This document shows positions 39,804 through 49,876 of a stretch of 64,000 nt of DNA, one piece after another. Source of the DNA: an uncultured Acidobacteriota bacterium. Its GTDB lineage: Bacteria > Acidobacteriota > Thermoanaerobaculia > UBA5066. The notes below the pieces were generated by a model, which worked only from the letters and a program-made list of their open reading frames with translations, was not told where the DNA came from and searched no databases. Location: positions 1,088,001-1,152,000 of the forward strand of contig CAVZYA010000002.1 of the NCBI GenBank assembly GCA_963779415.1. Direction: 5' to 3'. How positions within the stretch are numbered: the stretch's first letter is position 1; each line of letters opens with the position of its first letter. Position numbers and translations under genes: made by a program.

Positions 39804-42035
39804 TCAGTTCGGCTTCTTCTTCCCGCCGCTCTGCGGGCGGCTGACCTGAGGCTTGCTCGTCTGCGGGCGGCTCTGCGTCTGAGGACGGCTCTGCTTCTGC
39901 GGGAGGGTCCGCGTCTGGGGACGGCTCTGCTGGAAGCTCTGGGCCTTCTGGTTGCCGCGGTCGCGGGCCGCCGCGTCTCTCTGGAGTTTCTGGCTGACGC
40001 TCGGGTCGTTCTGCCAGCCTCCTTTGTCGTGCTTCTGCCACTGGCCGGCGTCCTTCCGGTAGACGTTGCCGCTGCGATCCGCATAGACGTCGTTCGGCCT
40101 GGTCCTCGGCCGGGCCACGTCGCGGGTGACCGGGCCTCGGTCACGCGCCACCGGGGCCTCGCGGCCGGGGCGGTGCTGGGAGAGCTTCGCCTCGGGGGCG
40201 TTGCGCGTCCTGTTCGCCGGCCGGTTGTAGAGGTTGTTCGAGGCGTAATGCGTCGGCCGGGCGTTCCCGCCGGGAGGAGGACGGTATCCGAGCGGATACC
40301 CGCCGGCGGGGCGATAGCCCGGGTATCCGTGGCCGTAGTAGGGCGGCCTGTATCCGCCGGGGCCATACCAGCCGCCGTGCCAGCCGCCGTAGTAGCCGCC
40401 GTGGCCGTACCACCCTCCGCCCATGTTCCAGCTCATCCCGAAGCTCATGAAGCCGTTCGACCAGCCGAACCCCATCGACCAGCCGTACCAGGGGTTGTAG
40501 TGGACGCCGAGGCCGTAAGTAATGGGGCGAGGGTAGTAGTAGGCGCCGTACCACGGTCGATAGTGGTAGCCGGTCCCCCAGACGACGGTCGGGCCCCACG
40601 GATAGCAACCGACATAGCCGGGGGTGTAGCCAACATAGACGACGCTCGGCGTAGAGTCGTACACGTAGACGTACTTCGTGCTGTAGACGGGGCTCGAAGG
40701 GGGAATGTCGTCGACTTCGTCGGGCCGCATGTCGCTGACTTCCCACGGGCCCGTCGGGCTCGAGGAGACGTACCAGACGGCCTGGTCGCAGGCGAAGTAC
40801 CTCCCCTTCACCCTCAGAACTGGGGTGGGCGTGTTGATGGCGTACTCGATTCCGGCGCCGGAGATCGCCTCGAACTTCGGGGCTCCGTCGTAATTCACGT
40901 CGAGCTTCGCATTACTCCGGTCGATCGTCTGCGTCTGGGGGATCTGCGCGTCGAGGACGGCGTCTTCGGCCTCGTCGGTGCCGGCCACGCTCGCCCGCAC
41001 GTCGGCCGCGTCAGACTGGGGCGGAATCTTCGCGAAGTCTCCCGGGAGCTTGTCGGCGGGAACGTACGTCCAGGGGCCGTCGAACGACTTCGCCGAGTAC
41101 CAGCGGCCGGCGGCGAGTACCAGAGTCCCCTGTGACTCGATGTCTTTGAAGACATCGCTGGTGGTGTTCTCAGCGAAGAGGAGATTCGTTCCCGTGATCG
41201 GCTTCCACCTCGGCTCTCCATCGAACGAGATCAGCTCGGCCGGAACGGTGGAGACGACGATTGCCGGGGGAGAGTCCGGCTGGGGCTCCGGCTCCGCGTT
41301 CGGGTCCTTCGGCGTCTTCGCCAGGGCCTCCTTAACGACCCTTTCCACGTCGGCCGGGGGTTCCGGGATGCCCGTGAACGGCCCCGTCGCAGCCGGCGCT
41401 GCGTACCAGAACTTGCCGTTGGACGTGTAGAACTGCTTCCCGTCCGTCAGGATCGCGACGGGCGTATTGACGACGCGCCCGAGCGACGTCCCAGCGATCT
41501 CCTGGAGCTTCGGCTCGCCGTCGATCAGGACGAGGACCGACGGTTCGTTCTTCACGATGATCTTCGGCGGATCGGCCTTCAGCCCCTGGGCCGAAGTCTG
41601 CTCCCTTTCGGCTGCCGAGAGGGCCGCCGTGAAGCGGTCGAGCGACATCGTGAAGGTCCACTGGGCGATCCGGGGACCCGCGAGGTCCGCGAACCTCTTC
41701 TCCTTCTCGGGCGTGATGTTCGGGAAGCGCGTCCTCTCGATGAGGGCCTCCGAGAACGTGACGGTCCGCGCGTCGCGATCGGTCTTCACCTTCACCATGA
41801 GCCACGTGACGCCGAAGACCGGCTCGCTCTTCTGGTTTCCCTGATACGAAAGCGCGGCCCGCGCCTTCACGACGTCGCCCTTCATCGACTCGATCTGGGG
41901 CTGGTAGATCGTCACCGTTCCGTTCTTCATCGGAACCTCGCGCGGCCAGCCCGCGTCGTCGACGGCCAGCGCCACGCCCGCGAAGAGAACGATGCCGACG
42001 AGCGCAGAGAGAGAGATGCTTCGAAGGGTATTCAT
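39804..42035 (-). CDS. Large secreted protein with a Tyr/Gly/Trp-rich C-terminus (family often annotated as carbohydrate-binding V/XII)
   Basis: Signal peptide; GWPR..IYQPQIE, VRASVAGTDEA, IPPSSPVY and VYVGYTPGY motifs; GAGG RBS. Confidence 0.7.
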   Translation of the reverse strand: MNTLRSISLSALVGIVLFAGVALAVDDAGWPREVPMKNGTVTIYQPQIESMKGDVVKARAALSYQGNQKSEPVFGVTWLMVKVKTDRDARTVTFSEALIERTRFPNITPEKEKRFADLAGPRIAQWTFTMSLDRFTAALSAAEREQTSAQGLKADPPKIIVKNEPSVLVLIDGEPKLQEIAGTSLGRVVNTPVAILTDGKQFYTSNGKFWYAAPAATGPFTGIPEPPADVERVVKEALAKTPKDPNAEPEPQPDSPPAIVVSTVPAELISFDGEPRWKPITGTNLLFAENTTSDVFKDIESQGTLVLAAGRWYSAKSFDGPWTYVPADKLPGDFAKIPPQSDAADVRASVAGTDEAEDAVLDAQIPQTQTIDRSNAKLDVNYDGAPKFEAISGAGIEYAINTPTPVLRVKGRYFACDQAVWYVSSSPTGPWEVSDMRPDEVDDIPPSSPVYSTKYVYVYDSTPSVVYVGYTPGYVGCYPWGPTVVWGTGYHYRPWYGAYYYPRPITYGLGVHYNPWYGWSMGFGWSNGFMSFGMSWNMGGGWYGHGGYYGGWHGGWYGPGGYRPPYYGHGYPGYRPAGGYPLGYRPPPGGNARPTHYASNNLYNRPANRTRNAPEAKLSQHRPGREAPVARDRGPVTRDVARPRTRPNDVYADRSGNVYRKDAGQWQKHDKGGWQNDPSVSQKLQRDAAARDRGNQKAQSFQQSRPQTRTLPQKQSRPQTQSRPQTSKPQVSRPQSGGKKKPN

Positions 42036-42175
42036 CGGAATCACCTCGAGCCGACAGGACTCTAGCCCGCCGGTCGGCTCCAGTTTAGGACAGGGCTCCG
42101 GGAAGGGGGCGGCTCGGGCCCGCTGGCGGTCCCAAGGAAAGACGGCGACAATCCCGAATGAAAGAGAGAGAACCA

Positions 42176-43045
42176 ATGAAGAGACGCGCGATCTCGTCTG
42201 CCCTCGTCGTTTCGGCGGTCGTGGCGCTAACGCTCGGTCTTTCCCGGCCCGTGTCGGCCCAGTACGCGTCGTCCTACGGGGCCAGCCCCGGGATGGGCGA
42301 AACCTTCCGGATCGACTTCGGCGGCTTCTTCCAGAAGTTCGACACGAGCATCTTTCTCGAGTCGTCGAGCGGGGCGTCGACGGACATCAACCTCGAAAGC
42401 CTCTTCGGCCAGGACGTCCACAAGACGAGCTTCCGCGTCGACGGCTACTGGCGTCTCGGCCGGCACGCGAGCCTCGTCTTCGGATACGTCGGGTGGAACC
42501 GCTCCTCCTCGGCGACGATGCCCTACGACGTCCAGTTCGGGGACTACGTCCTCCACGCAGGGTCCTCGGTCGACTCGAAGGTCCGCGTGGCCGTCCCGCA
42601 GCTCTACTACGCCTACTCGACCGGCAACAACGGCACGGTGGAGCTCGGCGGGATGATCGGCTTCTCGACCTACATCAACAAGGCCAGCCTCGACGCCTCG
42701 GGGTCGATCTCGGGACCGGGTGGAACGGTGACGAATAGCTACAGCTCGGACCAGTGGCACCTCACGGTGCCGGTCCCGGCCACGGGCGCGTATCTCATGT
42801 ACTCGCTTTACCCCGGCCTGCTCCTCGACGCGAACGTCAAGTGGCTCCCGTCGGTGACGATCTCGGGGTACAACGGCGGCATGCTCGAGTACAAGGCGGG
42901 ACTCGATCTCTACTTCACGAAGAACATCGGAATCGGCGCGGCCTACCAGTACACGCATGTCCACGTCTATCACGTGGAGACGAACACGGTCGGATTCGAC
43001 TTCAAGTACAGCGGCCCGTACGCGTTTCTGAGCCTGGCGTTCTAG
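42176..43045 (+). CDS. Outer-membrane beta-barrel protein
   Basis: Signal peptide; C-terminal YSGPYAFLSLAF; paralog of 52103-52966. Confidence 0.75.
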   Translation: MKRRAISSALVVSAVVALTLGLSRPVSAQYASSYGASPGMGETFRIDFGGFFQKFDTSIFLESSSGASTDINLESLFGQDVHKTSFRVDGYWRLGRHASLVFGYVGWNRSSSATMPYDVQFGDYVLHAGSSVDSKVRVAVPQLYYAYSTGNNGTVELGGMIGFSTYINKASLDASGSISGPGGTVTNSYSSDQWHLTVPVPATGAYLMYSLYPGLLLDANVKWLPSVTISGYNGGMLEYKAGLDLYFTKNIGIGAAYQYTHVHVYHVETNTVGFDFKYSGPYAFLSLAF

Positions 43046-43071
43046 AACGGACGGGGCGTTACGATGGCCGC

Positions 43072-43785
43072 GTGAAGGCGGCGCGGGCAGCGGCGGGGAA
43101 GTTCGTCGTCGAGTTCGAGAGCGAGGAAGAACTTCGGGAGGAACACCGAACGAGCCTCGCGCACGGTGGGCTGCGCCTCCGCGTCGCGGAGAAGCCGGCA
43201 CTTTTCTCGAAGGTCGAGATCCTCCTCCGCGGGCCGCTCGGAGCGGAGTTCGCGCTCTCGGGAACGGTTGTCGCGCCGCTGCCGGACGGCGTTGCGCTGG
43301 CCTTCGAGGGGAACGGGGACGCGGTCCTCGAGGCGCTTCTCGCTCCTCCGGCCGCGGAGACCGAGCTGGAAGTGAAGGACGGAAGCAACTGGGACCGGCT
43401 CCGCGCCCTTTCGCGGACCGAGAAGCTGCTCCTCGCCCCGAAGGCCGACCGGACCGAGCGGCTCGTCCTGGTGCAGGAGAGCGACCCGCAGGTCCTCTAT
43501 TCGCTCCTCAAGAACCCGCGGATCACCATGGACGAAGTCGTCCGGATCGCGAAGTCGAGCTATCTCGTCTACCAGAGCGCCGAGCTGATCCTCAAGACCA
43601 GCCAATGGACGGCGAACCTCGACGTCCGCGTCGCGCTTGTTCACAACCCGAAGACGCCCCCCGCGTTCGCACTCAGGATCGTCCCGACGCTGCCGGAAGC
43701 GGAGCTGAAGACGATCGCGCGCGGAGCGGCCACGAGCATGGCGCTGAAGCAGGCGGCGCTGAAGCGGCTGCAGGGCGAAGCCTGA
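43072..43785 (+). CDS. Degenerate PilZ-like N-domain plus helical C-domain protein
   Basis: SLAHGGLRL..GTVV..GVALAF; LLKNPRIT..VRVALVHNPKTP; GTG start at 43072 is inferred. Confidence 0.55.
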   Translation: MKAARAAAGKFVVEFESEEELREEHRTSLAHGGLRLRVAEKPALFSKVEILLRGPLGAEFALSGTVVAPLPDGVALAFEGNGDAVLEALLAPPAAETELEVKDGSNWDRLRALSRTEKLLLAPKADRTERLVLVQESDPQVLYSLLKNPRITMDEVVRIAKSSYLVYQSAELILKTSQWTANLDVRVALVHNPKTPPAFALRIVPTLPEAELKTIARGAATSMALKQAALKRLQGEA

Positions 43786-43857
43786 ACGGCGGGGTCCGCC
43801 GGCCTCTCCGCCCGGAGCTAGAATCCGGGCCAACTTCAATCGGATGGAGAGAGAATC

Positions 43858-44385
43858 ATGAAGAAGATCTTCATTGCAGCAGGCGCTCTTCTCGTGACGG
43901 CGTCGCTCGTCGTACTTGCACAGGCCCCCCCGGCGCCCGCGGCGAATCCGCAGGCGGCCGGAATGGCCAAGTCGCTGGGCCTCGTCGTCTTCCCGGCGAA
44001 GGACCAGAAGCCCGAGCAGCAGCAGAAGGACGAATACGACTGCTACGTCTGGGCCAAGGGGCAGACGAACTACGATCCGGTCGCTCCGCCCCCCACCCCT
44101 ACGGCCGTCGCCGCCGAACAGAAGAAAGGCGGGGCCGTCAAGGGCGCAGCGAGAGGCGCCGCGGGGGGCGCCGCGGTCGGCGCCATCGCGGGCGACGCCG
44201 GGACCGGGGCGGCGATCGGCGCGACAGCCGGCGCGGTCAAGGGCCGGAGGCAGCAGAAGGCGTCCGAGGCACAGGCCACGGAGAAGGCGAAGTCCAATCA
44301 GGCCGCGGCCGCCGCGGGGCCGAAGGACCAGTACAAGAAGGCCTTCAAGACCTGCCTCCAGGGGAAGGGCTACACCGTCAACTGA
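43858..44385 (+). CDS. Glycine-zipper (YMGG-like) secreted protein
   Basis: QQQKDEYDCYVWA, GAAGGAAVGAIAGDAGTGAAIGA and CLQGKGYTV motifs. Confidence 0.85.
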   Translation: MKKIFIAAGALLVTASLVVLAQAPPAPAANPQAAGMAKSLGLVVFPAKDQKPEQQQKDEYDCYVWAKGQTNYDPVAPPPTPTAVAAEQKKGGAVKGAARGAAGGAAVGAIAGDAGTGAAIGATAGAVKGRRQQKASEAQATEKAKSNQAAAAAGPKDQYKKAFKTCLQGKGYTVN

Positions 44386-44491
44386 GTCCGTTCCCGTCTC
44401 CCCGACACCGACGCCGACACCGCCAAGCACTTCGAGCGGAGCATCGAGTCGACGCTTGACAGAGGGCGGCCCTGCGACGAAGGCGACGACG

Positions 44492-47400
44492 ATGGGCCGG
44501 AAGGCTCTCGTGTCGGCCGCGGGCGTCCTGATCCTCGGCCTCGCCGGCGCCGCCCTCGCCCCCCTCTGGATCAATCTCGAGCCGGTCAGGAAGCGGATCG
44601 AGTCCGCCGCTTCCTCGGCTCTCGGCGGCACGGTGACCGTCGGACGAATAGACCTCTCCGTCTTCCCGCGCCCCGGGGCGACGATTCATCAGCTGAACGT
44701 GACCGTCCCGGGGAAGGTGCGCGGCACCGTCCGTTCCGTGGGCGTCTCGCCGGTAGTCCTCGCGCTCCTCCGGGGCCGGTTCCGCCCGGCGAGCGTCCGG
44801 GTGGACGGGCCGGACCTGACGGTCGAGCTTCCCGAAGCGACGAAAAAGGACGCGCCGGCCCCTCTTCCGGATCCGCTGAAGAGCCTCGCGCCTCTCCTCG
44901 CCGGGGTCGTCTCCGAGGTGCCGGGGATGGCCGTCGACGTGAACGGGGAGCGGCTCGTCGTTGCCCGCGGAGGAAGGACTCTCGCCTCCGTCGAAGGCCT
45001 GAGGCTGAGCGTCCGCGTCTCTCCGGGGACGCGCGACAGGCTTCATGCCGACGTCGGGGTCGCCGCGGAGTCCGTCTCTCTCCGGCGAGAGGGCGGACGG
45101 ACTCTCGAGATCGATGGCGTCCGCATCGAAGGGGCCTTCGACTCCCGTGAAGGACGGTCGGAGATCACGCTCTCGCGCCTCTCCACGAAGTCCCCGCAGT
45201 TTCTCGCCGAGATCGCGATTTCGGCCGAGCCGGCGGTCCCGCGGGTCGATCTGTCGGCCCGTGGCAGCGGTCTCGATTTGACGGCGCTCCGCCGGAAGCT
45301 CCTCCCCTTCGCGGGGGACGACCCCACCCTCGCCGCGATCTTCGCGATCCTCCGGGGCGGCACGCTCACCTCCTTCTCCTTCGCCTCCGGAGGACGGACG
45401 GCCGGGGATCTGGGGGTTTTGGAGGGGATGTCGATCCGCGGCACCCTCGCGGAGGGGAGCGTCCGGATCGGGAGCGTGGGCCTCGACTTCGAGGAGGCGC
45501 GTGGAGACGCCGCCGTCGAGAAGGGGGTCCTCTCCGTAGAGCATGCGGCGGCGCGAATCGGCAACTCGCAGGCGTCGGACGGAAGCGTCCGGGTCGGGCT
45601 CTCGGCAAACGACGACACCCTGCGCGTCGAGGCCACGGTGCGGTCGGACCTCGCGGAGCTTCCCGCGATCCTCTCCCGTGCGGTTCGTGGCGGCTCGCTC
45701 CACGAAGAGCTTCCTCTCGTGGAGGACCTAGAGGGGAGTGCGATGGGTCGCCTCACGCTCGAGAACCGGGCGGGAGCGTTGACGACAACGGTCGCCGTGT
45801 CGGAGATGCGGCTCTCCGGCCGCTACCGGAAGATCCCCTTCCCGATCTCGATCCGGCGAGGGACCTTCTTCTACGACGGGAGGCGTCTCGCGGTCGGCGG
45901 GCTCTCCGGAAGCGTGGGACGCTCGATATTCTCCGGCCTCGATGCGCGCCTGGGGCTCGGGGATTCCCCTTCCTTCGACGGAGTCTCGGGCACGGTCGAG
46001 CTGTCGCTCGACGAGCTCTACCCGTGGCTGGCCTCCCGGGAGGGGATGGAGGCGCTCCGGACCGGGATTCCCCGGCTGCGGGGATCCGTCGGACTCTTCG
46101 TCGAGCGGCTCAGCGGGCCGATCTCCCGGCCGGGGGAGTGGCAAGGCGGGGCGGCCGGATCGCTGAAGGATCTCTTCCTTGACGCTTCGTTTCTCACCAA
46201 TCCTCTCGAGGTGAGAGCCGGAGATTTCCGGATCGACGACGAGACGATCCGCGTGGCGGGGATCGAAGCGAGGACGATCGACGCGGCCCTGAAAGTCTCA
46301 GGCACGCTCGACGGCTACCGGCGAGGCCTTCGGAGACTCGAGGCCGTCGTGGACGGCGAGATGGGACCCGAGGCGGTCCGGTGGGTCTGGGAGAAAGCCT
46401 TGCTTCCGCGCGGTCTCCTGCCTGCGGCGCCACTCGCGCTCGAGGAGTTCCGCATCGGGTTCGGCGGCGGAGGCGCGTTCTCGCTTGCGGGGAAGGTCAC
46501 GGTCGGGAGGGGCCCTCTCGTGACACTCGACGTGGTCGGAAGCGAGACGGGGACGGACGTCCGCCGCCTGACGATCGCCGACCATCTCTCCGATGCCTCG
46601 GTCTCCCTCGGTCTGAAGAAGAGCGAGTTCAAAGTCGGCTTCGCCGGCCGCCTGGACGGCGCGACCCTGGAAGACATGCTCGCCGAGAGGAGGCAGCGGC
46701 ACGGCCGGATCGAGGGCGAGTTCCGCGCCCTCGTGAGGCGCGAGCACCCCGCGGAGTCGTCGGTGGACGGATGGCTCACCGGGAAGGATCTCTTGATCCC
46801 CACGACGGCTGGCGACGTCACGGTCGAGAGCCTCGACCTTCGCGCCTCGGGGGACCGGCTCACCGCGGCGTCTTCCTCCGTCGTCCTCGACGAGCAGCGC
46901 TTCTCGGTCACCGGCAACGCGGCGTTCCGGGACGAAGGGCTCGTTCTCGACCTGGACGCCGCGACCGACGCCCTCTCGTGGGAGCGCGTTTCGGCGGTTC
47001 TCGACCGGAAGAAGGAGGAGGAAGGGCAGCGCCTCCGCGCCAACGGAGGAGACGACTCCCGCGCTGGCGGTCCTCGGCGACGTCCGTTTCTCTCTCGGTT
47101 CGTTCGCGTACCGGAATCTCGTCTGGAAGCCCGTCCTCGGCACTTTCTCTCTGGCGCAGGGGACGACCACCCTCACGGTTCGGGACGCCGACGTCTGCGG
47201 CATCAAGACGACCGGGGCGATCCAGCTCCGGGAAGGAGGGCCGGCCGAGGTCCGTGCCAGGGTCTCGGCGGCCGGTCCCGACATCGCCGTCCCGCTCGCC
47301 TGTCTCGGCTTCTCGAGCCTCCAGATGTCCGGGGCCTTCGAGGCGTGTCTGGAGGTGGAAGGAGAAGAGGAGGCCGCAGAGCTTCCGCGGGTCGTTCGGG

Positions 47401-47894
47401 GACCGGTGATGCTGAAGGCGTCCCGGGGGCGAATCGGAAAAGCGACGCTCCTGACGAGGATTCTCGACGCCCTCAACGGCACCTCCGTCTTCGCCGGCAA
47501 GAGGCGCGAGCAGATCGGCGAGGCGATGGTCTACGACACGCTCACCGTCGAGGGAAGCCTCGAAGCGGGTCGCTTCGCGATCCGCGAGGGCGTGCTTCGG
47601 ACGCCGTCGTTCACGATGGCGGCGAACGGCACGGTCGGCACCCTCGACCGCTCCGTCGACCTGATGGTCCTCGCGCACCCCTTTTCGACGATGGACAAGG
47701 TCGTCCGGGCGATTCCGGTCGTCCGGTACATCCTCGGAAGGGACTTCCTCTCCGTGGGGGCGAAGGTGACGGGGAGCCTCGGAGATCCGAAGGTCGACAT
47801 TTCCCCCGCGCGGGACGCGAGCCGCGGGCTCATCGACATCCTCGCGAGAACGGTGACTCTTCCGGTCAAGGTCTTCGATCCGGAGGTCCGCTGA
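44492..47894 (+). CDS. AsmA-like/YhdP-type envelope bridge protein (frameshift about 47030)
   Basis: N-terminal anchor then SALGGTVTVGRIDLSVFPRP; repetitive beta strands; C-terminal IPVVRYILG..VTGSLGDPKV. Confidence 0.75.
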
Positions 47895-47939
47895 CGGCGG
47901 GCGGCTCCGCCGCAGCGGCATGGCGCCGCGTCCGCGCGC

Positions 47940-48860
47940 CTAGTCGAACCAGAGAAACTGGTAGGCGATCGCGTACGTCGTGAAATTCGCCCCGATCCGG
48001 GCCGTGGCGCCCTTCGCGACGGCGAACTTGAGGGAGTGCTGTTTGGCGAGAGGGAGGACAAACGTCAGGCCGACACGGCTGTTTGCCTGCCGCGTGTCGT
48101 TCACGACGCCGCCCGTCGTCGTCTGTCCCCCCGTGTAGTAGGTCCCGTCGAGCGAGACCCACATGTGGGTCCGGATCGTGTAGGCGACGTGAGCCTGGAA
48201 GCTGTAGAGCGGATCCTGGGTCCGCTTGACGCCGCCGTAGAAGTCGTTGTTGGCCAGGAAGAGGAAAACGCCGGCGTAGGCCTCGAACGTCCACGGCCCC
48301 GAAGGCTGCGAGAAGCCGACCTCCGGCTTGAAAGCCCAGCGGTTCGTCCCGATGTTGATCAGCTTCGCCGGGTCGTACTGGCCGGTCGGAGCGGAGAGCG
48401 AGAGACTGACGCCGAGGATCGTCTCGGGAGTGCGCGCCGCGAACTCGCGGGGCGTCAGCGCCGGGCCTCCGAGGATGTTGATCGCTCCCCGAAACTTGAG
48501 ATCAGCCAGTCCCGACCGGTAGATCTCGTTGTAGACCTCGGCGACGTTTCCCGAGATATTCCCCCACGCGTAGGGGAGGGCGAATATCACGGAGGCGGTC
48601 CGGCCGAAGAGAGCGAAGCTCCGGCCGTAGGCGAAGTTCACGCCGTTGATGCGGGCATTCACATCCGTAAAAGGGAGAGACGGGTCGAAGAGGACTTCAC
48701 CCGTCTGGTAGCCGTATCCGACGAGAAAGAAGTTCACGCCGACGGGATTCGGGGAATAGGCGCGGGGCTCCAGATCCTGCGCGCCGGCGGCCCGGGCAAG
48801 GAAGACGGCGGCCAGCAGGGGGAGGATGAGACGTCTGTCGAACAGGGTGGCTCTCCGCAG
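47940..48860 (-). CDS. MetA-pathway/SphA-like outer-membrane transporter family beta-barrel
   Basis: AQDLEPRAYSPNPVG, APTGQYD..NIGTNRW, C-terminal YQFLWFD; the signal peptide lies upstream of track start 48737; CTG start is uncertain. Confidence 0.75.
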   Translation of the reverse strand: MRRATLFDRRLILPLLAAVFLARAAGAQDLEPRAYSPNPVGVNFFLVGYGYQTGEVLFDPSLPFTDVNARINGVNFAYGRSFALFGRTASVIFALPYAWGNISGNVAEVYNEIYRSGLADLKFRGAINILGGPALTPREFAARTPETILGVSLSLSAPTGQYDPAKLINIGTNRWAFKPEVGFSQPSGPWTFEAYAGVFLFLANNDFYGGVKRTQDPLYSFQAHVAYTIRTHMWVSLDGTYYTGGQTTTGGVVNDTRQANSRVGLTFVLPLAKQHSLKFAVAKGATARIGANFTTYAIAYQFLWFD

Positions 48861-49074
48861 CGAACCGGGGTGCTGTCGCGGCGTTCGCTCGGGGGCGGAT
48901 GATACAGCGCGTCTCTTTTCGAAGGCCCCGGGGAAAATCCCCAGTCCTCGTTTCGGGACGGGCGAATTGGCGGTAGACTACCCGGTCGTGACCCCCCCGA
49001 TCGTGACCGGGCCCCCGGGAACGAAATTCGCGAGTCATCGCCCCGAACGGGCGAATAGTAGAAGGAGGATTGGA

Positions 49075-49806
49075 ATGTCCAGATCGAAAGTGGTTTTCCT
49101 CGTAATCGTCGCGGCGCTTCTCGTCACGGGATCGGCGTTCGCCCAGCAGACGACCGCAAAGGTCGAGAAGGTGGAAGTCGAGATCGTGTACGTGCATGGC
49201 AACACGGTCGTCTTTATGCGGGACGGCCAGGTGCGGCAGCGCGAAGTGCCCCCTGACTTCAAGGTGGATGTCGGCGGCCAGATGGTGCCTGTCTCCGAAC
49301 TCAAGCCCGGGCAGAAGGTCATGGTCGAGATGACGACGACGACCACGGTCCTCCCGCCGGCGAAGGTCGTGACCGTCCGTAACGGCGAAGTCGTCCAGGT
49401 CGTCGGCAACACCCTCATTTACAACGAAGCGGGCCAGAACAAGAAGGTCGTCCCCCCGAAGGACTTCAAGTTCCAGGTCGAGGGGAAAGATGTTGGCATC
49501 GGCGAGCTGCGGCCCGGGATGAAGCTGACCGCCACGATCATCACGGAAAAGCCGGTGGCCCCGGTGACGAAGACCGCGATGAAGGCCTCTGCCGAGCCCG
49601 CGAAGCCGAAGGCGCCCGCCCCGGCCCCCGCTGCTGCGGCTCCGGCTCCGGCTCCGGCCCAGGCTGAGGCGGCTCCGGCTCCGGCTCCCGAGAAGAAGAA
49701 GCTGCCGAAGACGGCCACGCCGCTGCCGCTCGTCGGCCTCACCGGTGGGGCGCTCTTCCTGCTCGGCTCGGGCGTCTCGGCCCTCCGCCGTCGCCGCGCT
49801 GCCTGA
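49075..49806 (+). CDS. Secreted sortase substrate with LPKTA sorting signal
   Basis: Signal peptide, two about 65-aa repeats, Pro/Ala linker, LPKTA + hydrophobic helix + RRRR; AGGAGG RBS. Confidence 0.85.
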   Translation: MSRSKVVFLVIVAALLVTGSAFAQQTTAKVEKVEVEIVYVHGNTVVFMRDGQVRQREVPPDFKVDVGGQMVPVSELKPGQKVMVEMTTTTTVLPPAKVVTVRNGEVVQVVGNTLIYNEAGQNKKVVPPKDFKFQVEGKDVGIGELRPGMKLTATIITEKPVAPVTKTAMKASAEPAKPKAPAPAPAAAAPAPAPAQAEAAPAPAPEKKKLPKTATPLPLVGLTGGALFLLGSGVSALRRRRAA

Positions 49807-49825
49807 TTTCCGATAACGGTTCGAA

Positions 49826-49868
49826 GCGGCCGCCCCGGGAAGCGTCCCGGGGCGGCCGTCTTCTTTCT
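49826..49868 (+). terminator. GC-rich hairpin with short T tract between substrate and sortase
   Basis: GCGGCCGCCCCGGGA..TCCCGGGGCGGCCGT followed by CTTCTTTCT. Confidence 0.65.
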
Positions 49869-49876
49869 GCGGCCGG

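Noticed and set aside
39830-39935. Short imperfect repeats
   Set aside because: They encode the QSRPQ low-complexity tail of the large secreted protein
43916-44491. Long N-terminal extension of the AsmA-like ORF
   Set aside because: It overlaps the glycine-zipper gene; the ATG at 44492 gives a proper membrane anchor
49615-49690. GCTCCG-type tandem repeats
   Set aside because: They encode the Pro/Ala linker of the sortase substrate; not CRISPR or a separate element
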